This document shows positions 24,273 to 46,342 of a stretch of DNA of 64,000 nucleotides, in pieces. The number at the start of each line of letters is the position of its first letter. Position 1 is the first letter of the stretch. Source of the stretch: the human T2T-CHM13v2.0 reference genome, Homo sapiens; NCBI RefSeq assembly GCF_009914755.1, contig NC_060942.1. One strand, given 5' to 3'. The translations under genes and the position numbers were made by a program. Under the pieces are notes generated by a model, which had not been told where the DNA came from, did not search any database, and saw nothing but the letters and a program-made list of their open reading frames with translations.

Positions 24273-26107
24273 TGATTCATCTCCTATGGTTGTGGCAGCC
24301 ATGGTGATGGAGACGGCAGCTCAACAGGAGCGGTAGGAGGGTACCTGTGGAGGCCAAGTGGTAGGAGCCTTGGAGGGTGGGCAGGTGCATGGAGGGTGAC
24401 AGCAGCGCTGGTTCCTTTGGCGTCAGTGCTAATGGTGGCAGCAGCAGCAAGTCTAGGGGCCAGGAAGGGGGAGTAGGAGGGCTTTGGGGCCTGGCCCAGC
24501 CTGGGATGTGTAAGAAGCTGCTGGTTCTGTACCACAGGCCTCAGTGATGGTGGAGGTGCAGCCAGGGCAAGGAGGAGTCCTCCCCCTTCTCCTGCAGTCT
24601 TTGGAGGGTGCCCTCCTTCTGCTGGCATCTGAGCCAGGTGTGAGTGGCAGCATTGTTTTGTTCTTAACAGAATTTAGGGGCTTATGATTTGTGTATCTTT
24701 TTGTTTTTGGTTGTGATAAACCTTAAGGGACAAAAGGCTTCTTTCCTGGGTTTTGGTGTTGTGGGATCCCCCCATGTAAGATAAAGGGTGCTTTCTTGGC
24801 AAGCTGTGTGTTGGAGGGAGTTCACCAAGGGGAAGAAAGGGAACCTCTCAGGAGGGTGGCTGCTGTGGCAGGTCCCCTGCCTCTGGGCACCCTTTGGGCC
24901 ACCTAGTTTCCCCTGTGGAAGAGGGGAGGCTTAGACCAGTACCACTTGTATCATCAAAGAGGCATCCTCCTGGGCCAGTTGATTTGACCTTCCCACTTCT
25001 TCAGCCCACCTGCCCATGGTGTCACCTGGGGAAAGTGGAACCTTAGGCCACAGGGGCAGAGGCTTCTCCGGCAGGCTGATTGCTGTAGCAGATTCTGTTC
25101 TGCCTGCTGCTCAGGAGGGCTTCTATGGCCAGGAAGTGATGCTGGGACTCTTCTGTTGGTGTTCTGCTGCCTCCGTGTTGTCTCTGGCTTCTCACGGACT
25201 CTCAGATGTGTGAAGGCAAAAAGGTTTCCTGGCTAGTTTGCGTGGTGTGGTTGGGATCACTTTTGCTACATGCCTCTCAGGCACCCTAGTGGGGGAAAAG
25301 GGAATTTTAGATTTAAGGAGAATGTGTCTATGTTGGCTGCTTATTGTTAGCAAATTTCTGAACAATTCTATTCTAAATGGTCGCCTCTTGTTGAGTAGAC
25401 TCCAGCTCCATTGGAGAAGAGATGAGCTTACCTGGGCTGTGTTTTCTTGCTAGCTTGAGGGTTGAAAACACTAGGATTTTGTCTCCTTTTCCAGTTGAGT
25501 TAGGGAAGTGACATGCATTGCCACAAAACAATTTCTTCAGTTCTGGAGTCCTTAGACAGTCATCTTACTAGCACCTTCCAGCATTCTCCTTTCAGTGAGA
25601 TAATAAGGGAGGGTTCCTAATCTAAAAGGAAACATGGATGGTGTTCTTATGTTGTATGACAAGAAATATGAAATAATTCTGAAAAATTTAGTCATTCTTC
25701 TTTTAAATTTAGAAACCCGTTTTTTATATTTATAATATTTAAAGCCATTAAAAGTTAAGATGTCATAATTAAAATAATCTTTTAACATTAATTAGCATTT
25801 AGCAGATGACCATAATAAATTATTTTTAATTATGCTACATTAATTGCCAATACAAATTTATTTCTGGTTTTTACAAATCTGTTTGCAAAATTTTATTTTG
25901 TCATTTATTAAATTTTTGTATAATTAGCTGCTACATTGCAGGTATAGGAACTTCCAGTATTAAGCATGATTACAAATACTTCAGTTTTCATGTCTTACAT
26001 TTTATTAATAGTCTAAAAGTTATAAAATGCTTTGTGCATTAGTATTGGTAACATTCTTTAGTATGAACTATCATTTGAAAAATGTTAGGAACATAGCTTT
26101 CCCATCT

Positions 26108-26548
<441 letters not shown>

Positions 26549-27229
26549 AAATTGTAATAATTTTACAGTTTGCCTCAAATGGGTGGTGACGTCTGGGCAA
26601 GGTTTGCTGGGGGCCTCCCACATGCAGGCAGTCTCTCTGCTGTGCCCTCCACCAGCACTGAGGGTCACCTGCCCACAGGCACCCCTCTCCTTTCCCCTCT
26701 GGGGAAGGCCAGAAGTGACTTTTGAGGTTACCCACGGGACTTTGTCTGGAAAAGTGTGTGAAGCTGAAGCTGATGGCCTCAGTGTCCAAAGGGGAACACT
26801 TCCCACAGGCGTTTGGAAGCCACAGACCTGACAGTGGGGTCCTGGTCTTGGGGGTCTCAGTCACCTGGCCACCCATTCCTTCCTCACTTAGGCATCCACC
26901 TAGTGGGCTGCCTACACCCTCTTCTATCTGTCTGTGCTCAGCCAATCAGGCAAGCCAGGGTTACAGCCCTCCCTGTCCTGGGCCCTGGCTCCATGAAGCA
27001 CCATGTGCCTTGAAAGACCTCCCTGATTGATCCCATCTCCCCAGTATCTTCTGCTAAGGCAGAGGTTTCCCTTGGCCCCTGCTCTGGTCCGCTTCCTTGG
27101 CACAGTTTGTAGCTGTGCCTGACACAGCCCACCTGCCTGGCTTCTGTCCCAAACCTGCAGCCAGGCCATGTGACAGCTGCTGCCCCTGCCCAAACATTCA
27201 TCCAGCCCCACCCAGAAGAGCCAAACAGG

Positions 27230-27515
27230 CACTCACACCCTAACCCACACACTCTCACCCGCCCACCCCCACCCACACACCCCTACCCACACACCCTCAC
27301 CCACACCCACACCCACACACCCCCACCCACACACCCCCACCCACAGACCCCCACCCTCACCCGCACACCCTCAACCACACACCCTCACCCACACACCCTC
27401 ACCCACACACCCCCACCCACACACCCCCACCCACACACCCCTACCCACACCGGCACACCCTCACCCGCACACCCTCACCTGCCTGGTCCTGCTGCGCCCC
27501 CACCCCACCCTCCCT
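27230..27515. repeat. C/A-rich low-complexity repeat (cacccacacacc)n
   Basis: Direct reading; yields a spurious Pro/His/Thr ORF. Confidence 0.9.
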
Positions 27516-27891
27516 CTAAACCTACTGGGTGAGCAGCTTCCCCTACATTCGCTTGCTCCACCTCCTCCTAGAGCTGGGTCACATACCAATTCCCATGCTC
27601 TTGGCAGGTTGGTCATGGTCCCAGCAGATCTGAGGACAGGATGGGCACAGGACTGTGTGCAGCATAGAAAGGTCAAGGAGTGCAGCCTCGTACTCTGTGC
27701 CAGCTGCCAGCCCCTGGAGCTTACTAGGCTGATGGGGACAAAGAATGCACCAGAGGGGACAGTGACCATTGCCCCTGGGTTAGTCCACCACAGGACTGTT
27801 GGGAAGTCCATGGATGTACTGATTGCCCTGTTGCATTGGTCCTCAGGGGCAGATGCTGAGATGGGGTTAGGAGAACAAAGGGGAGGAAGGG

Positions 27892-28103
27892 AGCTTGGCA
27901 TGGTGGCTTATGCCTGTAAATCCTAGCACCTGGGGAGGCCCAGGTGGGAGGATTTCTTGAGGCCAGGAGTTTGAGACCAGCCTGGGTAACATAGCAAGAC
28001 CCTGTCCCTACAAAAAAAAATATTAAAAATTAGCCAGCCATGGTGGCTATATTCCCAGCTACTCGGGAAGCCGAGGTGGGAGGAACAGTTGAGCCTAGGA
28101 GTT
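27892..28103 (+). mobile_element. Partial AluJ-like element
   Basis: aggccaggagtttgagaccagcctggg and gagcctaggag; 3' truncated. Confidence 0.8.
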
Positions 28104-28249
28104 GTCAATAGAAATCAAGTGTTGGGATATTGAGAATGGCATTACAATGAGGGTCCAGAGTATGTTGTTAATACTAATGGTATAATTTTGAGCTTCTGAT
28201 ATATACACAAACATGTATAGCTACACCAGAGATTGTGCTCAAGATTTAA

Positions 28250-33950
<5,701 letters not shown>

Positions 33951-35189
33951 GGACTGGGGCTCCTTGGTCTGTCCTCTTTCTACTGCGAAACAATCTGGTG
34001 AAGCCACAGAAGGACCCATTCCTGCTAATGAGGCACTAAAGGTAATGCACGAGGAACTCTCAGGAATATGTGGAAATTCTCCTGGGTTTTCCAGCTCCTG
34101 AGAGAGCCCTGGCTTTGTGGGGTGAAGTCCTTTGATTGCCTCAGGTTCCTGATCTGTTCGTGACCCTGTTAGCCCAAAAGCTGGCAGAGCTCCATGTAAG
34201 TGCTACTGTTCTTTTTGTCTCCCTGACTCTCCCCTGCTACCCACCTGCATCGCCTTAGGCATTTATTCTTTGCTTAAACATGCCTATTTGCAGAGACACA
34301 CTGAGCTAAGCAGCAAAAGTGGAGGTTGCCAGTGAGAAGTCCACTGTGAGGGAATAGGGTGTCAGGAGAGGTCCTACCAGCTCATCTTGACCGAGATGCT
34401 CGTGTGCTGTGCTTTTGAAAACACAAGCAGTCAAAGAATATTTAAAATGCACTCAATGGATACTCTCCCTTTGTGGAACCGAGCAGATAGTAGTGCAGTG
34501 TGAAACATGACGTCCATATGGAAATAGAAGGACAAAACGCGGTCTTTGTTAACTTGATTATCTACCCTGTGGTTAGAAATGAGGGCCTGGCTAAATGCAA
34601 CACAGAGAATCTAGAAACTTTGTTTTGCAAAAAAAGGCACCTACCCCATTTACACTTTACTGCACTATTATTAATAAGGAGCTTATGAGTCTATTAGATA
34701 CGGTCTTTGCCTTCTTTCTCGATTCTAAGGTTGGGTTTCTGGGGACAGTGAAAAGCCCCAAAGGTGGGAAAAGCAAGAGGAGGGCAAACAGAAAGTCTGC
34801 AAACTCCATCATCCGAATAACAGGGCTGATGCTTTAGAGTGTGCTGCTTGAAAATCTGGTGTGCATATTTAAATTATAGCTTTCCACACACAGAAAGGGC
34901 AGCCGTTCCCTTTATCCCAGCCCCCTTTCCCTCTTATTATTAAAATAGAGGACAAAAGGGGTGCTTCTTTTCCTGGGTTTCTATTTTGGTATGAGTTTAC
35001 AAAATGTGGTTTAACTATTGATTTTATAGGAAGAATGTCACATTTTAAGATTCAGTGTTAGGCGTGGAGCTTTCTAAAAGATTGTTAAGTAAGTATTAAG
35101 GCCAGGAAAAAGGTGCTGTGCAGCAATGCCCAGCAATAGAGGGCATTCAGGCAGGAGGGGCTGCCATTCATCAGCTACCCAGTCACCCT

Positions 35190-35805
35190 CTTGCGAGGGC
35201 GGAGCTGAGTTCTCCTCTGCACAGACTTCGGAGATATAGCAAAGGCAGAGCAGTGTTCTCCTCAGCACAGACCTGGGCAGGCAGGCAGGCCGGGGGCACC
35301 GCGAGGGTGCAGCTGCGTTCTGCTCAGCACAGACCCGGGGGACACCGCGAAGGCAGAGCAGTGTTCTCCTCAGCACAGACCTTGCGGGCACTGCCTTGCT
35401 TTGGGACAACTCGGGGCCACATCGACAGTGAATAAAATCCTTCCAGTTTGCAGCCCTGAATAATCAGGGTCAGAGACCAGTTAGAAGGGTTCAGTGTGGA
35501 AAACGGGAAACCAAAAGCCCCTCTGAATCCTGCCCACCGAGGTTCTCCCCAGCCAAGGCGAGGCGGCCACAGTGCAAGATCCACACCACAGCCTCGGAAG
35601 ACAAATGCAGCATTCCTAATGCAGACATGACACCCAAAATATGACACCCCCATCGCTCATATAACAAGCACCTGTAATGCTAATGCACTGCCTCAATACA
35701 AAAATATTAATATAAGATCCGCAATCCCCTCGCTGCCGTGCAGTCCTAAGACAGCGATCATAACAATCAACATTGACATAGTCAATACAAATGTAGTAAC
35801 GAACC
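35190..35805 (+). repeat. TAR1 telomere-associated repeat
   Basis: Subtelomeric units gttctcctcagcacagacc and ggcaccgcgagggcggagctg, followed by the TAR1 body leading into gaacctagggtt. Confidence 0.9.
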
Positions 35806-36085
35806 TAGGGTTAAGGTTGGTGTTAGGGTTAGGGGTTAGGGGTTAAATTTAGGGTTTAGGGGTTGGAGATAGGAGTTAGGGTCAGAGTTAAGGGTTAGGA
35901 GTCAACGTTTAGAGTTAGGGGTTAAGAGAGGTTAGTGGTTTGGGATTAGGGGTTAGGGTGAGGGTGAGGGTTGGGGTTAGGGGTTAGGGTTAAGGGTCCA
36001 GGGTTAGGGGTTAGGGGTTAGGGTCAGGGGATAGGGGTCAGGGTCAGGGGTTAAGGGTCAGGGTCAGGGGTCAGGGTCAGGGGTC
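35806..36085 (+). repeat. Interstitial degenerate telomeric tract (TTAGGG with TGAGGG/TTGGGG/TCAGGG/TTAGGGG variants)
   Basis: Direct reading. Confidence 0.93.
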
Positions 36086-39232
<3,147 letters not shown>

Positions 39233-39584
39233 TATTCCATAATCATTCTGATGCAAAAACAATTGTAACTCTCTTTCTAGTGCCTACATTTCCTGTGAGC
39301 CCCAGTTGTGCATAGCAGAAAATACGGAGGCATCTAGGAAAACCTAGGGGCAGGAAGGGCTGGGAGGGAATAAGCCCTTTCAAGGTGTTTAAAGAAGAGA
39401 CAAAGATGAAGAAGCAGGCATAGTTTCTGAAGAGGTTTTTTGGTTTTTGTTGTTGTTTGCATTTACCTAATTAGTTCTCAACTACAGAGGCACATTAGAA
39501 TCTTCTGGGGAATTTTTAAAATACCACTGCATGGGCCACCTGTCATATACACTGATGTAATTGGCCTGATTTGGGGCCTAGGTG

Positions 39585-39620
39585 TCTCTCTCTCTCTGTC
39601 TCTCTCTCTCTTTCTCTCTC

Positions 39621-39690
<70 letters not shown>

Positions 39691-39725
39691 CTGTTCTGTA
39701 TATATCTATATATCTATAGATATAT
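39585..39725. repeat. Compound (CT)n(TA)n microsatellite
   Basis: Direct reading. Confidence 0.95.
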
Positions 39726-40261
39726 ACGGAACAGGGGATACCAGTGTGTACCTACCATTGAAATCAATTGTTTTCAAGTCTTTTTAGGTCTTATTCTCAG
39801 ACGGTCTTGGGTAAATGGTGGCTGATTGCCTTCAGCATCTAGAACAAAACACTCTATGGCCCAGAGGAATTCCAGCTGGAATCTATGATCTTATTCTCTT
39901 GAGGTAGGGCAGCCAAAGGGAGAATTATCTTCATGTTGAGTCTGATGGCAGGGTAATTTGCTTCATGTGGAGGCAAAGGCATATTGTTAGATTTCCAGGT
40001 ACATTGGGAGTTCTAAGTAGCCACATCTCAGGCTAATAGGAAGTCCAGATTGGTTCAAACCTTTTCTTAATTATCCTGTGTAGGAATGGACCATGCAGTA
40101 TCCTTCAAGGAAGAATCAAGAATGTTTCCACAGAGAATATACATATTTCATCTCTTTCTCTGCTGAATGGATCCCCACTGAAAGCCATGAATTACTCTTA
40201 TTAGACCCTGTAGAATCCCAGTTTATGGCAGTGACATTAAAAACATCTAGTTTATGACTTG

Positions 40262-40750
40262 GATTAGGCAGCCTGTAAAATGGCTTCCAGTGATCCCTGC
40301 TTTCTGGTATGTATGCCTTTGTATAATACCCTCCTCATGAGTGTAGGCAGAGGTAACATCACTTTTGAAACTAGGTTATATATATTCAAACAAACAAACA
40401 AACCTGTGGCTTCCATTTTGGGTACTTTATCTCACACTCTGATTTCTTGCTCCGTGGGAAACAGACTGTAATATTGTAAGCAGTGCTATGGAGAGGTCCA
40501 TGTGGTAAGGAAGTGATAGGTCCTGATAACAGCCAGTGAGGATCTAAGGTGGATCCCTTTCTGAGTTGAATATTGAGATAGATGACTACAGCCCTGGCTA
40601 CACCTTGATTGCACCTCATGAGGAATTCTGAACAAAAACACTGTGCTGAACCGTGTCCAGGCTCATGAGCCACATAAACTATGAGAAAACAAATATTTGT
40701 TTCAAGCCATTAAGTTTTAATTTGTTACACAGCAATAGATAACTACCACA
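40262..40750 (+). mobile_element. MLT1-family LTR
   Basis: aaaatggcttccagtgatccc 5' region and ttgttacacagcaatagataac 3' end. Confidence 0.75.
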
Positions 40751-43700
40751 TGGAAGGATTCAATAAGAGAAGGGTTTTTCATAAGTGAAATGTTATTTTC
40801 ATCTCACATTTCAATTATTAGAATATAAATGAAAGAAAATAAATTTGGATAGGCTCTCATAAATTCAATGATAAGAATTTGGAAAATGCAACCACATGAA
40901 AACCAGGAAGTAAAAGGAAAACATAAGAGACATCTTCCCAGATGAGAGTAAATATCTGGTTCCCTGAGAAGTGTAGTTTGAGAATGGAGAAATCAGATGT
41001 TACTGGAAAGAGGCTAGGACTATATTATTTCTTGCTTCCTGTCAAGTCTTTTCAACTCAAGAGAAAGTAAATTTTCTTGACAAACCATTCAAAATTAAAG
41101 GATAGGTGGGAGTATATGTGTCCCTGAAGGAACAAGTGACCTTCATTGAAAGCAGCAGCTTGGTTGAATAAATACTGTACAGAAGTGGAATAAAGAGTAG
41201 CTGACAACAATGCTCAAATAGTTACACATGAAGTTTTAATGAGCTATTTCATATTAAGATACATATTGAGAATTCAAACCAGAGAGACCAGTTAATAGAT
41301 ATTTTCCCAACTCTGTTTTAAGGTGATCATAGAAATGATACCCACAAGTTAGTCACAGTGGCCTGCATCCATTTCGATATATCAGTGATGTATTCTGATT
41401 GGCCAGTAATCACCTATACTGACTGTTAAATATTTTAGTTATCACTCCTATGCATGGTGAATTTGAGTTCTGGTTTTCTTTAGCCTTGTGTTATTTATGT
41501 GTAAAGTTGGATTATGGGAAGCAAAGACTTTCTCATGTATCATTCATGCTCAAGTAAATGGCAGTGGGGTAGGGATGTAAATGAAACTGCATGATAAGCC
41601 CTGCAAGTCATTCTGAGGTATCAATTTTGCTTACTGGTGTTTAATTGCAGTCATTGTCATATTAATGCAACCACTAATACATTATGGAGTAAGATGCAAA
41701 AATCACATGAGTCTTAAGAGAAAAGAAATGTGCTGTCTGTGGTGGGCCCCCTTTGCATTATTCTCTAACTTCATATTTTATACCTCTACTATTAGAGAAA
41801 TTTCAGTAGAAAATAGTGAGGGGCACCGTTTTAGAGTTTTTGTTGTTATAGGAATGCTTTTACTACAGCTAGGTCCCCTCGTACATCTTTATGTTCTTTG
41901 GCAGTCTAGAGAACCAGAAGAGCAAACTCTATGAGATAGAAACCCTAAGAATTTACCTCCAGCATCCCTTCTCTTCTGTCATTAAATTGAATTTGTAGCC
42001 AACTCAAAGGCTGACAACTTATACTATGGTTTTTATATTTTTATATTATAATTTATATTATGGCTTATGTCAAAATGTTTTGTTCACTGCTTTGAAAGTA
42101 TCTTCTGTTTACTTTTGTTATCATTTCATATTTTAATTTTTTCCTTTCTAATTGTTAGAAACTCATGTATTTAATTTTATCTTTCAAAGAACATTTTTAA
42201 AAGGCTTACTCTGTTTATATGTATATTTTGCACAAAGCTTTCCATTCATAAACAAAAGGTGAATAGGAATCTGAATTGAAAACTACGTAATTTCTTTTCT
42301 CCTTTTTGTCAAATCATCACAGTATAGATTAGTCATTCTGTATGAAGTGCATTGCCAAGACATAGTCACATTTGTGTACAAATGTAAAGGCTATATCTCA
42401 ATAGAAATCAAAAACAAAAAAATACAGAAGACCATTAGCTAATAATACTAATGATCTAGTGTAGAAAGCATGTGCCAACTGATCTAGACTCTTGTGACAG
42501 TTGTATATCTACCCAGCTGCATGACCTTAGGTTTATCAAAATCTTGATCTCCCAGACTACAAATGATTAAGAGGGATGGAGGCCCCTTACAGTTTTAAGA
42601 TTCTAGAATTCTAAGTGTGTGTAACTGGAGCAAATTTTATTTTCTAAAATTTGCATAATAAATTTAAAAATAGGAGAAAAACAAATAATTAAAGTACATA
42701 TTTCTAGAAGTCTTTTTTAGGTGATTTATACTACCAGGAATGGATTTACTACTAAATATTGGTTTTGCCTAATTCAGCATTGCTATGTAATTGGTATAAC
42801 TCCATAGACAAAGAGCATTTGGTCCTAACATAGCTTGTATTTTATATGTATATACACTATTTCTATTTAAGTTTCTGTGTAGTCATGTTTTATCCTTTCA
42901 AAATGAAGATTAGTTTTATTATGTATTTTCTTTTGTCTATAAACATTCAATGAATTCACACTGAAAACTGATTATGAACAGATAGTCTGGTAGGCACTTA
43001 AGGAAACACATATGAAAGACTAAGTCCCCCTCTGCCCTCAATATGCTCACAAGACTACAGTTACTGAATCCTGATCTCAAAACCTAGCTAGCAAAGTCCT
43101 TGAATCAGGTGATAGTTCAGAATACCATTCATCCTCTCTCCCAGGAGTATATCTGAGGAAGGACAGTTCTTTCTAGTTTTCTACATCCTGGTCGTATAGG
43201 TCAACCACAGGAAAATTAAATGAATCTATTGTTTTGTTGACCTAGCCTTTTCATATAACTCTCATCTATAAATGTATTACCAAATACTATTTATGTAAAG
43301 GGACTTGAATGACAAATATTTTGAAATTAAAACCACAATGGTTAGCAAACCTTTTAAATTAGATAAATGTTGACCTCCCATTGGTGAACATATAAAGTGC
43401 TACCAAGATCTGCCTATGAAAGACTTTGGAAGTGGAAATTCATCTTTGTAATAATCCTGTTATCTGTAGGCTGACCTCAAGCCTTCATGACATTCAGGGC
43501 CCCTTATTCCTAACTGTATCTTCTATGTTGGGCATTGTGCTCTTGCATCTAACAGGAAAACAACTTTCAGTGTTGCCACCTTTTGAACAGGAGAGATTTC
43601 TAAAGATTAGAAAATTACTAAATTTAAATATACATAGTTCTAAAATATGATACTTTTCTACCCATGCATTCAAATATATTCTAACTTTAAAATCCTGTAA

Positions 43701-44954
43701 ATATTTATATTTGTAATGATTTTATTTATCTGATCCAATTAATTGGCAAGAATATGTGGTGAAAGATTTTTTACATATTTGTATTGTTCTGTGTGAGACA
43801 TCTATTGTAAGCATTGCTTCAGGCTCTCATTTTTGTCTGCCTTCCAGGATTTGCTGGCCCAAGTGCTGTGTGCTAGACTTAGTGTCAGTCACAAAGGGGA
43901 GGGAAACTTGCAGTTGAGCCAGACAGTTTTGTTATTCCTTTAAAATTAAAAGCATATGAAGCAGATACAGCTTATTAAAGTTTTTTAATAAATAAAATAA
44001 ACTTAAATAACAAAACAATAAAATTCAAAAACAACTTAAAATAGAGTTTAATGCTGTAACCGTAGGAAAAAAGCATGATTATTTGTGGGAAGAACATTAT
44101 TAAAGGCCATATTCCCAAATATGAATTATACAAAGATAGATTATGTTACTTGAAAAAAACTTAAAGATTTCTCAATTTTACTTTGAGGAATTATAAAATG
44201 TTATTTTGTGGCAAGTAAGATGAAGTACAGTATTATCATCAATCACTGTTGCTATCTTATATACAAGATTTTTGGAAACATCCTTTTAGCAATACCTTTT
44301 CCACTTGAGCAGCATTAGAAATTTTGTTCTTGTTAATAGGTATAAGCATGTTCTAATCCTGTACTTTTGTTAAATTATCTATTTTATTGACTTTCATAAT
44401 AGATTTTTTTGATAATATTCTTTTTTTCTGATTAGAGTTTAAGTAGATTATAATTTTTCACTAGAAAGCATTTAAAATGCTGCTCATTTTCCAAAGTTAG
44501 TGTGGCTTGATTATCTGACAAATCCTGCCAGCAGCCTGTAGGTCTGATATACCTTATGTAACATCATCTGCATTATTATTATTATAGCAGCCATTTTATA
44601 AGCAGATAGGAATGTTTAAATAATCATTATCAGGTAATCAAATGTAACATACTCTTAAGGGTAAATTAATTTAAAAAAATCACTATTACTAACATCATGA
44701 TTGTACAACCAGTTTTACAATTTTGTACAACCTTTAGTTACTAAATCTGATTTTTGTGTATACTTTTCAAATCTTTCTTTAATGCAGTGTCTTAAAACAA
44801 ACATAAATGCACAAGTCCAGCTTGATCAGTTTTTCAGTAGTTTTCCAGCCTTTCTTGATTACTAAAAAATAAAAGGAAAGAAAATTTTGAGAAGAAAACA
44901 GTCCACTTAAAGAAATCTCCCTGCTGGAACTGGTTCTTTATATACCATATACAA

Positions 44955-46342
44955 TTAAGTTATTGCCATAGGAAGAAAGTGGGCTGTTTTTGTTCTTTCT
45001 TCATTTTTTTTCCTCTTAGAGGAATCCCCTTTTGATTTAAGGCAACAAACATTTCCCCTCCATTGTGTGTCCATTTAGCTGAGGCATATGTGTTGTAATG
45101 GTTTTCCAGAATTAGTCCTTTGAAGTTACAATCTTCATTGCATTCTTTCTGTTAAAACAAACAAACAAACAAACAAACATGTTCCAAATGATTTTTAGAG
45201 AGGCTCAATTAAACGAAGAGTAAGCAGGTAATATTTGTTAGAATTGAAACATACACAACTTTTTTTAACCCTCAGATTGAGCAGGCCTAATGTGGTTTGT
45301 TAGCTATACTTATGTAGTATATTTGCATAAAAAGGTATCTTAAATTTGAAATAAAAACACCACATAATACACAGCTAGTTATGAAATATGTGTAGCTTTT
45401 TGGAAGTTCATGTCAACTATTCTTTAAAATTAGGACCTATTTCCCCCTAAGTAACAGGCCTCATATTACTATTCCCATATCACTCATTCTTTAACCACTG
45501 GAAATTTGGTATAACTAGCAGAACATCTGCCTCCCTCAGGTGAGAGACTTGTTTCATAACTTTTCTTTATTTACTTCTACATTGTCTTCAATGGTAATGG
45601 AAGATACAAGGTTAATTTGTTTGTTCATCCATGCAACCATTTGTTCATTCAATTAAACCTGTATCATTATATAATTAGCCTGTTCCAGGCATTATACTGA
45701 GCTCTGGGAATACAAAGGGAAAGCCAATTATATTTTATTACAGTGGGATGAACTGTTACATATTTTGCATTGTAGTGAAGTGGGAACAATGTGAATAATT
45801 ACAGTTCAAAGCCCATGATTGTGAGATTGATGTTGATGAATGAACTAAACATTTCAAGATTTTTTCCCAAGAATTTTCATGTCAGCAATGTGCAAATTGG
45901 GTGAACTTTAACAAAAAGAGCTTTAATACTGGCAAATGGAAATTTTGGATTTTAAATATCTAAAATGCACATGGAATTTTAGAGCTGGAAGGATCCTTAG
46001 AGGTCAGCTAATTCAACTCATTTTACAGATGAAGAAACCAAAATCCAAAGAACAAGCCATTTGTCCAAAGTCACACAGAAAACATTTTTTCTTAACGTTT
46101 GAGTATAAAGTGTTTTAATAAAATCATTATATTACACAGTTGGAGATAAATTAAGTCCATTTTTCCTTTTCAGAATGGTGAGATATTTCGACAAAAATGA
46201 GTTTTAAAAATTAAGCCTAAGCGATCAATTATCAATACCTTTGCGTAGAGTTTTCCTTCCTCATTCATTGCAAGATAGAATTCACTTTCCACCCCTTTGA
46301 TTGCCACAATCCCAACTGCCACTGTCCTGATTTCCATGATAT
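44955..46342 (-). pseudogene. FGF7P1: Unprocessed partial FGF7 (KGF) pseudogene: last two coding exons (46342-46239, 104 bp; 45148-44955, 194 bp) with intervening intron; AT-rich 3'-UTR-like DNA continues leftward
   Basis: Minus-strand translation [34 protein letters not shown] | [54 protein letters not shown] matches FGF7. First acceptor is AT instead of AG; 1-bp deletion near the end; no first coding exon seen. The P1 number is inferred from locus context. Confidence 0.93.

Noticed and set aside
27170-27532. Pro/His/Thr-rich 120-aa ORF
   Set aside because: Translation of the (CACCC/CA)n low-complexity repeat.
35806-36085. Head-to-head telomere fusion site like the chromosome 2 fusion
   Set aside because: Only G-strand repeats are present, with no opposing (CCCTAA)n array.
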